DNA from: Eledone cirrhosa
Lineage: Eukaryota
DNA length: 64,000 nt
Direction: 5' to 3'
Assembly (NCBI GenBank): GCA_964016885.1
Contig: OZ024740.1
Location: 81,406,001 to 81,470,000, forward strand
The notes under the pieces were generated by a model, which was given only the letters and a program-made list of their open reading frames with translations, did no database searches and had not been told where the DNA came from. The translations under genes were made by a program, and so were the position numbers. Below, piece after piece: positions 35,690 to 49,623 of the stretch; positions within the stretch are counted from its first letter, which is position 1, and each line of letters opens with the position of its first letter.

Positions 35690-38150
35690 ATTAATTATTT
35701 TGCTTGAAAGTAGAGTGACATGGTTTGCTATACAATAAGCGCTTTATTCACATTGCTGACAATTGTTCTCTCTGAACTGGTAGGTCTAGAGATCGCTACT
35801 CGCCTATTTTTGCGTCAATCGATCACCATTACTTTGTTATAACCAGTCTAATCATCAGAGCATGCGAGAAGAAGGATATACACAGGCATGGCCTCTATAT
35901 ATAATAGTGGCATTAAACAATACTCAAATAAATTAGCTAGATAGTAAATAGTTAAAACAATCACAACATCAATCTAAGTAAAAAGTAGAGTATACTGATG
36001 ACTTTAGCATGTAAAACGAACTGATATGAAACAGATGTATGAAATTGACATGTGAAAGCCGTCATGGGGTAGATTATATATAGTGTAGAGATAACCGGGG
36101 GCTTGAAACAAAGGGCCATTTCCTTTACTGTAGGTTTGCTGACCGTAAGATTTATTTATTATTTGACAGATAAAATATTTTCATTGTAGTGAGGATGGTA
36201 ATTTGGTGTAAAGTGGATTCATTATTTAAGTGGTCTATATTAGATGTAGGGATGTAGGGATTGTTAGTTCGAATCATGGGGGTTGTTTAGCTTTCACAGC
36301 ATCAATAACAAATCATGCATGAATAAGACAACAATAACAACAATATAGGCAATAAGGTAATACAGAGGTTAAGAAAGCAAGGTATATATAGTGAACATGA
36401 TGAATTCTATTACGGATACATCGGGGGTGTTCATTATAACAACAGGAGGAAGGTGATATTTCAAGGACTGTGGTAGTAGTAAAATAATGTACTTATAATT
36501 AAGTTCATCAGTTGAAAATCATGAGTGCTAATGTGAGGAGGTGGTGTTGACAGCAGCCGAGAAGAGATATATTTATGGGTTGATAAGATATTTGCAGAGA
36601 TTAATGTGGTATAGAATTAAGGAGGCTATAAGTTGTTTAAAGAATATTATAGTTCCGTGGTGGTCTGTGTGAGAGTGCGGATTTCATATGTTGAATGCTA
36701 AGTTATGTTGTTTCGAATCACGGTGGCTTAAATTGTGTGAATTTAGTAGCGATCCTGTGTCTGCAGAAAATTGACCTTTCTATTTTGTTGTTGAGTAGCC
36801 TTTTATCGTTCCTAAGGATATACAGTAATTCAAGGTCGCAAAGTCTACAATAGGACATACCGAAAACCTCGACCAGTTGATATTGTAGTTGATGTTATTG
36901 TCCTTAAGTTCCCAAATATTTTTGGCGAGGGTTGTAGAACCTATTAGTGCACAGTTATTCATCGAATGTCTGTGCACATACCACCTTTTTTTAAACGTAC
37001 CCGCTGTGGATCCAATGTAATGCCAGGTGGAGTTGCCCGAGTTCACCGTACACACGTACACTAGGCTCAAATCAAGGCACCTGTTCGCCAATTGGCACCT
37101 ATCTGGTAGGTGACAATTGGAGTTTGACGTATTATTCCGTGCAGTTTCCACATTGCTGTTTTTTACACTGCTATAAGTGGGTTGTGATTCATGCCCGTTG
37201 AGGTCTTGTTGCGGCACGCTCGTATGCGTTTGCGGTTGTGATACGGTGATGTGTTTATGTTTAGAATTTGGTGCTATGTTGCGTATAGGTCGGGTGGTTT
37301 CACTAGAGGTATTTCTGTGGTTGATCTTGCGTATGTGGGATTCTATATTTGCAGCCGTAGAGTATGAGAGTATTATAGTTTTTCTATTGAGCATTGTATT
37401 ATATCTATGTGATATAGGGAAGTGCTTATCTATTAGTTTAAAAAACGTAGAAGGCAGTCTATTTTTTACAGAGGAGTTGAAGATTGGATTAAACCATAGG
37501 TATTTTCTTTCTCTAATTCTTCTATAGATTCTAAGGTTTACATTATTCGTGTTTGGACCACCTACTCTAGGTGCTATTTGCCCACCTCTATATCTAGTCC
37601 CGTTACCTTTATTTTTGTGTGAGAGGTTGGTGTCAGTGTTAATGGGTTTGTTTGAGTTGTCCTTATCCGTTATAAACTGTAGCTTTTCTTTGTGTCCGGC
37701 CTTATGTAATGCCGCGTTATAATAGTTAGCATGTTCAATTAAACATTTCTAGGTTTGAGGATAAGCGGGATATTCTAAGGGATATACTACGTGCTATGGA
37801 TCTCATTATGGATCGGGGGTGGTTTGAGTTATAACTAATGTAGGCCAGATTTTCATTATTTTTGTGGAAGGGTTCTATTAATCCCGTATTTATAATTAGT
37901 TATACGTCTAGAAAGTTTGCCTTTTTATGATTCAGTTCGTAGGTAATACTTAGGCCTATTTCTTTTTAAGAATGTTCTAATGTTTTTTCTTAATCTTTCC
38001 ATGCTCTCGTTATTTAAGTTCCTAGCTATAAGGAGTGTGTCAACTTATAAATCCCTCCTTGTAGGTTACTCAATTCTTTATGTAGGTTCTGTGCTATAAA
38101 TAACCCCACGACGTCAGTGATTTGCGCTGAATCGTTCCATCCATTCACCT
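35690..38150 (-). mobile_element. Decayed Penelope-like element of a second lineage (WFNP motif)
   Basis: Minus strand YLWFNPIFN..FFKLIDKHFP..ILSYS, LVYVCTV..YIGSTAGTFKKRW (GIY-YIG), SNHP thumb motif; frameshifts. Confidence 0.85.
35754..35862 (-). ncRNA. pLTR hammerhead ribozyme with long stem II (GAAA degenerate)
   Basis: Minus strand tgct-CTGATGA-tta-gactggt...accagtt-cagaga-GAAC-aatt-GTC-agca. Confidence 0.6.
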
Positions 38151-38353
38151 TTCGTTCACCCTTCCAATCGTTCACCCTTAACGGGATCTTCTTAAGATCC
38201 CGTTAAGGGTGAAAGCAGCGATTCTTTGCTTAAACTTTAATCTGTTATTTTAATAAATATTTGGTCTAGGTTTCTTATATATTTGATATATATTTATCCT
38301 TATCGAGGCCTCTTTGGATTTTAGTCTTCACATTTATTATTATTACTATATGT

Positions 38354-38425
<72 letters not shown>

Positions 38426-38427
38426 CT

Positions 38428-38605
38428 GTAATCTGAGTTTTTCGAATATTAATAATAACATTCGATGTAAGCAGTTCTGTCTACATGCTAACACAAGACC
38501 AAGAATGAGGAGTTCATTCTACTGACATGGCTATAAAAATGAGGCTTGTTTGCATACTTGCAAACAAATCGAATGTTATTGTTAATATTCGAAAAACTCA
38601 GATTG
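38428..38605. repeat. Fold-back repeat (second copy at 56082-56368)
   Basis: aatctgagtttttcgaatattaataataacattcga inverted arms, next to (TA)n. Confidence 0.8.
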
Positions 38606-39506
38606 TATTCAGCCATGTTGTGTGCCTCTATGTTAAAGAGCAATTTTCAGGATGTGTAGGCGAGTGTGAGTGTATCTGTGTGTATGTATGTGTGTATGTG
38701 TATCTGTGTGTATGTATGTGTGTATGTTCGGGAATAAGATATTGTTAGTTAAAACCAATAAGTTTCAGAGCCATTATTGCAGCACCACTCAAAGTCGGTT
38801 TGAAACAATTTTGAGGTTTATCTTACGTTACCCGAAATATGTATATCTGGTATCATGCCTGTTTTCTATATATCAGCGAATCTATCTACCTACCCAATGA
38901 ACTTAAAAAGGAGTTCGGTGAGAGCCAGTTTGACAAAAAAGGAGGTCATGAAGTATTCTGGAATCAAGTGAGTAATAAATTAAATGTTTTCTCCTGACGT
39001 ATACTACGCTAATTATGTTTAGAGAACTGTTCCTGTTTTCATAAACGACATGCTTGATGCTGTCAAAAAGCTTTAGCCTTGGAAACTTTCAAGCCAAATA
39101 TTTGTTGTTATATTTGACGCTTCAAAATTCCAAACTAATTGAAACGTACTGTTTAGATATATAACTGTCTCAATCTCAACTACCAATGGAAGAAATTTGT
39201 ATCGCGTTACATTCCATGAAATGTATTGATTCTCATTTCACTATGAAGTATATTTCCTTTTCTAATACGGCTGAACTCAAACTAGATAAATGCTTTCGTA
39301 ATATAAATAATTATTTAAAATTAAACAAATTCCCATATATAATTTTTTGAGGTGGTTTACAATTAAAAGCAAGTATGACCCTCCCAAGATAGAGTATAAC
39401 AAGTATAATCATCTCCTTTGCACATAATTTTATAAAATAATTTGTGGAATTCAAATATATATTCCTCTGTAATCATGGTCGATCTTCTTTGAATTTTTTG
39501 TATTAT

Positions 39507-40716
39507 CTCTCTCTATATAAACTAGATGTCTGTCTGCCTGTCTGTCTGTGTAAATCGCTCAGACTCGAGAAGTACCCGACCAAATTCTTTCAAATTTTAC
39601 ACATACGTTGCTTATAGTTTTTCAAGTGCAATCGGCTAAAAGAATTTAACTTTTTCTGCCGTAGGGCTGCGAAAAACCGTAGGCGAAAAACTGCATTTTA
39701 AAGTAGGCGAAAACCGCATTTTAAAGGCATTTTTAGGCATTATTTGAGGCGCAACTTAAAGATAATACGGCTGATTTCCTCGACATTTGGAGCACACATT
39801 AGTTAGTCCCACAGCATTGCTTTGGACAAAATAAATTTCCGATTCCAATAATGCTTTCTAGGAAATTTACGAATTAGCATTGGGCATTATATGCCATTTC
39901 CATTTTCAATCATAATAGCGTATAATATTTCGTTAAAAATTTGGTTTATTTAACAGAGGACACAACACTTACTTACTTTTAAGCAAGACCATTTTCGGGA
40001 GATTGAGGAAATGAAGAGGACCTTAAAATGTTTTGTCGTCGCCCTCTAGGCGCTTCATGCTTTCATCACGCGTAAATCCGGGCCCTGTGTACGTTGCCGT
40101 GTTATTGACACGGTAAAGCTCACGTATGTGCTACTTCAACTAAGACCCCGTTTGTTGCACCTACACCGTTGTATGAACGCTCTGCGCAAGTACGCCGAAC
40201 AGCGGTTGTGAAAATTTCGCGGTGACCCCTTTTGTCGCACCTTTGTTGCTGTGTAAACGTAGTGCAACCAGTGCCGCCCAGCGTTTGTTCTTATTGCACT
40301 ATGACCCCCTTCTGTTGCAGCTGCGTTGCCACGCTGATTTCCTCATCTCAATATCCCTAAACGTACATTCCTACATGGTTTTCACACAATTGACTACGTC
40401 GCTCATCAGCTGATTTCTGTCCGGATGACTGAGTGTGAATCTATAAAACTCGAAAAGTACCTAACCGATTTTCTCCAAATGGAAGAAAAATAATACTCTA
40501 AGATTTAGTACGCTTAAAAATTATCCAGCTCATTTTCTTCAGATTTTTCACAATTCAAATTCGGGCCTGCTGGTGTTCTACATTTCCAGTAGATGAACAA
40601 TCATTCCCTGAGAATAAGGGAATTCGAAAAGCACACAGCTACATTCCTCAATCTTTGCATATGCGTGTTGCTATTTCATGTTTCCTCCCCCGTGCAACGC
40701 CGGGTCCTGCTGCTAG
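39507..40716 (+). mobile_element. Non-autonomous Helitron
   Basis: 5' tc..tatataaactagatgtc followed by (tgtc)n; 3' hairpin cccgtgcaacgccggg followed by CTAG-t. Confidence 0.75.
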
Positions 40717-41893
40717 TTATCCAATAAAACACATATGATACATCTTGAAACTGAAAGTACAAAATATTGAAGCCGTATTTCTTTAAATTATATGAAGGTT
40801 TCTATTAAGGACTGTATTTAATTTCTTTAGACAAAGATATAAAAAAATATGTTATGATTTTTCTTTCTACCAGTCTGATAAACATAATACATTCTGGGTT
40901 TATTTACTTTCTAATTTAAACTGTATATGAATTTATAAAAAGGAATATTGGAGCGTTCATGTTACAGATGTGTTTACTCAAATATTTGATCATTAATGAA
41001 TATGTTATTCCTTTATTAGATTATTATTGACTAAAGAAGCAAACTATTTATCGAACAAGAAATGCATAAAATAAAAATAGGAAAGCTTAAGCGATATAGC
41101 AATGAAACATTATTCTGAAATTGTATACATGCAAATATTTAAATACAAGTAAGTCGTTTGTATTATTTGCAACATTTTACATTATAATTGATCGCAATAA
41201 CCTATGACATAACACATATCTTTCGAACTGGATTAGCTACGTTTCATAAAACAACCTAGATAAGAAAATAATTGTAATTGTGCTATATTGAAAGTAAGTG
41301 ATCTAATATATACATGGGATGGGACATATCAGAGAGTTAATAGAATGTTATTGAAGTACAAAACTATTTCGTTTAGAAGGAATTCAATGACAGTAAATCT
41401 GTTGAATTGGGTAAATGATTTATATCGGTAATATTGATATCGGAGACACAAAGGCGAGCAGTTTAAAAGAAGAGGCAATTTCTTGGGAAGTGAATATTTA
41501 AAATTGGTTTACTTGAGTTCACTTTACTTACATCAATCAGTATTGTGTGAACATCCTAAATTTCCAATGGAAGAATGAAACCGATTTTCTAGTAAGGATA
41601 CAGATGCGAAAATAACAAACTAGCAAAAATAAATTATTTCTAACATAGCCACAAGGTCACAAATTTTGGTGCTAGAGAGCACAATCGATTGCATATATGC
41701 CAGTACGTCACTAATAATGAATTTGGTAACCCTATAACAAAGAGTGTGAAAGCTACACCAGGACATAGTAATACGTGTCAAAAAAACCGCAGAGCATTTT
41801 CTGTAACGCATTATAATTTCTAACACATCACCAGTTTCATCATTAGCTTGCCCGCCTCACTCCCAATGATGAAGGTGGTACTACTACTATTAA

Positions 41894-41944
<51 letters not shown>

Positions 41945-44721
41945 CACTACTACTAAACCACATTTTTCTCACATTTATTCATCGTTTATAAGATTTTCTC
42001 GAGTGCATCACATCACTTTCCACTTTCAGTCTCCTAAAGTGATACTTGTAGAGGCTGGTCGTATATTGTTTATTATATTTTTCTGTCATGCTCAGTGTAT
42101 ACCTTCTTTGGTTATGAATACCAGAAAGAAGAACACAACCCATATCTCCTTGTCAAGGATGAACGGCAGAACGATATCTACATGGATGAGATGTTCATTT
42201 TAAAAGGATCGAAATTTCATCATTCGTATGCTTACAGCACTTAACTCAAAACACCAGTCATGACCTAGCTCTGGATTGCCACACATTTCTGAACTTTGCC
42301 TAAAAAAATCAACTGAATAATTTTCATCGCTCGAATTCCAAAGTGCTCAATCATTCTACTGACTCTATATAGAATAATAGAGTAGATATTTCGCGCCTCA
42401 TATCATCCGATTGGTGCACTTAATATTATTTTATTTCTCGGATGCCCAATGCTCGTTTTGTTTACCTTAGAATTTCATTCGACCCAACAACACGATCTGC
42501 AGTATAATTTCATTCACAAATGATGTCCACCTGTGTTTAACTCTCAGCATAGTAGAGAGTTCACCATGTAGAAATTATTTGTAGTAGAATGTGCAAGTTT
42601 CTTAGAATCTCACTAGGGGAGAGTTATAATACATTACAAAATGAGGTACACGTTTGCCACATCTGTCCAATCTGTCAAGCTCATTTCTAATTGTGACGGG
42701 CCAACATATATTTAGACATCTCGCAATACTTAACTACCACTATTTCTAGCATGAAAGATAGACCAATTACTTTAGGCACACTGCCCGCCCAGAGAGAGCA
42801 TAATACGTCCACATTATGGGCAGGCCTGTCCATATTTCGCCAGGTACTAATTGTCTTCTACCAGATTTGATTTGTTTAATGCAAGCACCTGTTACCACGT
42901 TTCTCATCTTCCTTTAATATGGTATCTAACCACTCAATTTCGAATATGCGTGATACAATAACAGACACACCTCCGATTTATTCAGATATAGGGACAATGC
43001 ATTCCTGTTCGGGCAGGTTTTCTAGAAGAATAGCAGACAAAACAAATGAGATGGAACATACTGTATTGGACCAAACGCACAATACCATTATGTTAAAAAA
43101 TGTGAAAACGTATTATAATCTGCAGGCAGATATCACAGAATAAAGAAATAGTCTAGCTACTGAAGTGTTAATGGAAGCGGGCCCACTACAATGGTCGATG
43201 CAACCGTTGACTTTATTCCTATTAGAAATGGTTAATTCCTACCCAAACAAGACATAGTCAATGAACCGAAGATGAAGGGAAAATAGATTGTTCTTTGTTA
43301 CTATATTGAGAAATATACTACCTAAGCTCTACGCGGATGAAATTATGCAATTTTCTGAAGTACAATCTGTAGCACTATTGCCAGACACCAATGACACACT
43401 TCTGCCAGACTCCGAAGTCTTATAAATAGTTTTTGCATTAAACTACCCTTGATGAATGCCTATTTACATATAGTATAAACCTGACGTGCATTTATTAGCG
43501 GTGCCCCTAACACAGCATGATTCAGTAGAAATACATATATGGATCCATAATCAATCGAATTCTCATGAAGAATAAAGCTTCCAAAATATTTTCATATCCT
43601 TCTCTTAGCCTGATACAGATCTATATGTTATATGATGACAGCTTAAATATTCATGGCCAAACGAATGTATGATTGTAAAACATATGTCCATATATGCTTT
43701 AGTAATGTTACTAGTGCAAACATTTCAATTAGTGCAAACATTTAACTCTTCAGCAATGGTAAATATTCTTTCTGCTACGGTTGGATTTCGTTAACTACTC
43801 GTGGTAGCAAAGGGAGACAACTAAACAAACCTCGGCAGTTTACTAAAAGAAACATTACTGGTTCAAGAAGCTTTCTATATATTGTAGGCATACGTTTAAA
43901 ATACCTACGTTTTACGCCTACATATATTAAGGACGTTATAAATATATGAACAGATGGAGATAAAATATAACATAAAATATCGCAATTCCATTACAGTGTT
44001 CAAAGGTGTTCAATATGCTTACATACAACAGTCTATGCGTCAATAACCGAACCTTATAATCTAAAGAAAATGGCAGCACACACTTAATAGAATATGAAAA
44101 CTTAACGTATATAAAATAGGTTATGTGCAGCGAAGAAATTAAAAGAACCTATATGTATATAACATTTCTATATAAAGTAACAAAACAGTACCATAAGATG
44201 ATTAAACAAAACGATGTTCAGTGTGTGGGATTGCCAAGGACGATGCCGACTTTGTAGCATTATAACTACAACATATCTAATAGCGATTATCATTTTAGTC
44301 TGAAAGTTAATGCCGGTGATCTAAACCTTTAAACTTCGCTTATAAATGTTTTATCTGCTTTAGTTAAAGCAAAATTTAATCATATTGGGTACTATTTTCA
44401 CAAGTATACAATGTAACGTTGAAATTTCTCTAACATGATAGCATGGTGGCGATCATTGCCAATTCATTTTTTACCAACTAAAGGTAAATAGCATCCATTA
44501 TGATCTGATTTCGAGAAATATTTAAAATTATTTTCCCAAAATACTACTTATGAGGACATTGATTGTTTCCTCCTCTGTTTATGGACTGGCGTGCTTTCGG
44601 TTATTCGTTTGTTTCGGAACACAGACACGCTCACTCATTCGCACACACAGATACGCACACACATGCATACACACACACACACACACACACTCACACACAC
44701 ATCACAAACACACACACACAC

Positions 44722-44825
<104 letters not shown>

Positions 44826-47166
44826 TGAGAGAGAAATGTGAGATTGGAATTAGTTTTATAATGTATATAAAGTATATAAAGTATTAATGGTTTCTATGTA
44901 TCTTTTTATATATACACTCTCACACTCCTTAAATTTCTTTTACAACCCTACTGTTGCCAATCCCATATAATTTGTCTACACACCATTCGGAGTTTGGCTT
45001 CTCTGAGCTTTGTCTACCGCCCACCTGGTCCACTGCTGCTTCCTTGTCGGGAATATTCAGACTCCGACAGACCTCATAAATTCCTCAAAGAATTCTACGT
45101 ATTATACTATAACTTGGATTGTATTGACTGAATACTCTATCCTATACTTCAGGGCCTTTGAGATTTACATTGAATTCTAAGACTCAAACATACACTAGAC
45201 CTGATAACATTCCATCTCTTTCATCCTCTATATCTATATGTATAACCTTGTATTATCAAACAGCACGTTCATCTATATTGTATTTCTCATGTGTTTTGAT
45301 TTCTCCGATATGTTCTGATATACTTCCGTTTTACACCATCACCACCCTAGTTATGACTGCGTTTTATTTATGTATTTTTATTTTTGTATTTTGCTTTTTA
45401 TTTATGTATTTTGCTTATTATTCCTTCTATTTAGATATTTATTTACTCGCTTTACTCTCATTATATACTTATCGTTGTACTCATTAGCACACGGCCCTAG
45501 ATTATTACTCTCTGTACCCTTATATGTGTTTATCTTTATTCACTCCCCCTATCCACCCAGTACCACACTACTTATAACCTGGACTAACTGGGCACTAAAT
45601 ATAGTCTATTTGCGCATTTCATCGGGTTTTACCACTTTCAACCTCACATCACGGGTGTGAATATATAATAATCGTTTGGTAACACGCGATGATCCGATGG
45701 ATGTGGCGGCTTTCCCGACTGCACGCCAGGCGCTTGGGTAGACAAGCCCTCCTTGAGTGCTTGGAAAAATAAATTTCCCCTTCTTTCGGTAAACGAAATT
45801 ACTCGGAACGGCTGCTTCGCCCCGGTGCCCAGTCGGACTTGGAAACCGGCGCACCGTCGGCTTTGCTCATCAAATAGTACCTTTATATTCTAGGCTTAAT
45901 CATAACTATTAGCTGTATCATGCCTCCCTCTACTAGCACGTAACTAAATCCCCCTCCTGTGTGAATTAATAGTATTCGTTTGGTATATACGAAGGCCATA
46001 CGGCGATGGCGGACTTCTCGCAACAAACCCGACGCCTAAGACAGTTACATTCCTGGAGTGCTCTGAAAAATTAATTTCCATTTCTTTCGCAAGACGATAT
46101 TACTCGGAACGGCTGGCACATGGTTAGGGACGGCTGGCCGTGATTTGCAGTCGTGGCTGGTTATTGACTGCTAAACAATGGCTTAATCTTTACTCTATAT
46201 CCTACCCTGAAAACTTATCAACACTATCTATAATACACTTACACTTTTTCATAAAATCCTCTTTCTGTAAATTCTTTAACTAAATCTCACAAACCAAACC
46301 TTAAACTTTATTTTTCTAATTTCATCTTATAACTCTAAACATAAGTTTAACGTTTCTAATTGCTAACCGAAATTTTTCTCCACACATTATACCATACAGA
46401 CTCCGAGTATATATGCCGTTGTTGAAGATATATGTTCTTTGGAAAAAACATTTTTCAGGGCAATATCTAGCACGCATAATCAGCCTGATTGTCACATGAC
46501 CTCAACGTTGACATTTCTCTTTGACATGGAGGTAGTAGCACATTAAAAGCTTACGCCCCCTCACCAGATGGTCATAAGTAGACTTAATAATCAACACTCG
46601 AGGTCAGCCGAGTGAAGTTGAAGCTGCTAAATATTCGGTCGTCCTCTAGTCTCTGAATTTCAGCCCCATGGATTTTATCTGATATATTCCTTTGCTATAT
46701 TTTGAATACATGATGATGTCACCGGATTCATACTGAACCCGGCTATTGAAATGATCATAGTATAATAAACCTTTCAAGAATTTACACCAGTCAAGGCTCC
46801 TGTTATTTTATAAGAATTAACTCCATACTCGCACCACCAACTACACAAACGAAGACGGGTGAGTTGCATTACGTTGAGTGCTCTCTATACTATTACATCG
46901 AGATTGACCATATGGAATGACCAGTTCTATCCAGTGGTGAACCAACAAACCTATATATATATATATATAGGAAAATGTTTAACCCCGACGGCAGAGCTAA
47001 AGCCGTTTCGACTACTACCACACAACTACCCTAAATGTTGAGTACTCCGGTGCGTTACGGTCCATTTGTTTCCTTACCACACTTTCTTCATTATATATAT
47101 ATATATAGAGTGAGGTAAAACACTGGAAGGTAATATCCGTAGTGGTAGAGCACTCAGTCCATGGGA

Positions 47167-47204
47167 CGAGCTGAAGATCCGTTAAGGTGAAACATTTGTT
47201 CTAG
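47167..47204 (+). ncRNA. Minimal hammerhead ribozyme
   Basis: cgag-CTGAAGA-t-cc gttaa gg-t-GAAAC-attt-GTT-ctag. Confidence 0.65.
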
Positions 47205-47544
47205 ATATGGTGAACTAACTGTCGTGTTACCACCTATATATATATATATATATATATACCTAGAGAGAGAGAGGGGGTAGAGGGAGTGTGAGAGAGAGAT
47301 CAAACGTACTCACTGTCGAGTTCACACCCACTGCGTGCTAAATTGGTAAATTGTCATTTATCAGAGCTTCGGGTCGACCCATGCATTGTGTGAAATAAGG
47401 AAGATGGCAACTGTTTACAAGCGCCTCGGGTAGTCTGTACAGATAATTAAATAGAACAGCGTTGTCACCAAATACACCATATACACTCCTCACGACATGT
47501 ACAGTCTATCTCACTAATCGATCGATCGAACTCACTCATTCATT

Positions 47545-47586
<42 letters not shown>

Positions 47587-47866
47587 TATATATATCTATA
47601 AATAGAAAAGAATGAAACGAAATTTCATTTCTCACTCTTAGTACGGCTGATACTTAAATATAAGTATGTATACGTACATACATATATGTATACAGACGTA
47701 CAGTAGTATGTATATATATACATACATGCACACATATATATATGTAAGTATGGGTTTACCGAATATTTATTATAATGTTCGGTTTGTTTGTAAACAAACA
47801 GCCCGAATTACGCCGTACAGTGTTCGGCAATCAGCGGCGCCTTTTTCTTCAACACTGACACAGGAA

Positions 47867-47907
47867 CGATGTACTAGTTTCAAGTTTATTAGCTATCGTC
47901 AGCATCG
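47867..47907 (-). ncRNA. Minimal type I hammerhead ribozyme
   Basis: Minus strand cgatg-CTGACGA-tagctaataaactt-GAAAC-ta-GTA-catcg; ACTAGT palindromic stem III. Confidence 0.85.
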
Positions 47908-48101
47908 TATACCTCCCTGTCAGATGATTCAACGTTTGAAAGTATATACTTTCCTTGTGCATATTAACGGCTGAGCAGCTTAATTTGCATATCGAGTGAA
48001 TTAGTCGGCCGGGCGTACCGAGAACGATAAATGGAAAAAAATCAATATGCATAAGGAAAGTATATACTTTCAAGTGTTCAATCATCTGACAGGAAGGTAT
48101 T

Positions 48102-48143
48102 CGATGCTGACGATAGCTAATAAACATTGAAACTAGTACATCG
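48102..48143 (+). ncRNA. Minimal type I hammerhead ribozyme
   Basis: cgatg-CTGACGA-tagctaataaacatt-GAAAC-ta-GTA-catcg. Confidence 0.8.
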
Positions 48144-48389
48144 TTCCTGTGTCAGTGTTGAACAAAAAAAAAAGACGACGATGGTTGCCGAACTCTGTAC
48201 GGCGTAATTCGGGATGTTTGTTTACAAAGAAACCGAACATTATAATAGATGTTTGGTAAACACATACGTACATATATATATGTGTGCATGTATGTATTGT
48301 GTGTATATATGTACATACTACTGTACGTCTATATACATGTATGTATGTACGTATACATACTTACATTTATACATCTCTCTCTCTATATA

Positions 48390-48471
<82 letters not shown>

Positions 48472-48594
48472 GTATATTATGATGTCTACCTGTTATTATT
48501 CATTCTTTATATATATATATATATATATATATTCATATATATTCATATATATATATATATATATGTGTGCGTGTGTGTGTGTGTGTGTGTGAAA

Positions 48595-48825
48595 GCACGT
48601 GGCATAGTATTAAGGGTGCTGGACTTAGGTTCGATTCCTGGGTTGCGTGTTGTGTTCTTCAGCAAAACACTTCATTTCACATAGCTCCATTATGCTCAGC
48701 TGAAAATGAGTACCAGCAATTGACTGGCATCCTGTCCATAGGGAGACTTGCACTCTCAGTCGCTTCACGCCATGAAACCAGGATAAGCACTGCCTAAATG
48801 AGCCTTCCGGCTTACAACAGGCTCT
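48595..48825 (+). mobile_element. Second tRNA-derived SINE family
   Basis: A box gtggcatagtattaag, B box ggttcgattcc, CORE-like tgtgttcttcagcaaaacactt. Confidence 0.7.
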
Positions 48826-48849
48826 AGACATATATATATATATATATAT

Positions 48850-48933
<84 letters not shown>

Positions 48934-49497
48934 AGAAAAAATGCAAGGTTTGATGTGGATGTTAAACAGGTCATTATTAACAAATCTCTCATATATATTT
49001 CAATGACGATCGGTGTTACGATCGGTGTTCAATCAGGCAACCCTCACGTAATATTTTTATGCAATAAGATTACGTTTCCGATGCATAAAGGACTTTTTAA
49101 CATTTACATCGAACTTGGCATTTTCCTTAAACAAAACATGACGTTGTGTGCTTGAACCGAATTGCATCATTATAAGCTGATTGTTTTTTGTTTTTATTTT
49201 TTGTTTGTTTTTGCGTTGCATAAGCCAGCCCGTTTACTCAGCATGTTTACCGTAAGTATATATATTTATCCTTTTCGAACATCATTCCCATGTAGTGGTC
49301 AGTTCAAGAAATACGCCATTCACTTGAGGGGTCCTCTGATAAGCCAGTATCCCACATCCCTGGTGTACTATTCTGGTACACGATTGCTGGACATCTGACG
49401 GTGAAACTGCAGTCAGCACTCTGGAGAAAAATAGCTATATTTTTGTGTATCCTTTCTTCACACTTATAATACTGTCTCTCACTCTCTCTCTCCAAAC

Positions 49498-49530
<33 letters not shown>

Positions 49531-49533
49531 GAG

Positions 49534-49623
<90 letters not shown>

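Larger units (their letters stand above)
47610..48365. repeat. Fold-back HHR element with about 320 bp inverted arms
   Basis: 47660-47965 is inverted at 48045-48362. Confidence 0.85.

Noticed and set aside
41600-43500. Less repetitive stretch that could be an old transposon or exons
   Set aside because: No long ORF or recognisable motif. Needs a BLASTX or RNA-seq check.
46414-46463. HHR-like tgcc-CTGAAAA-stem...ggca on the minus strand
   Set aside because: GAAA and the NUH site are missing and the C3/A8 pair is mismatched.
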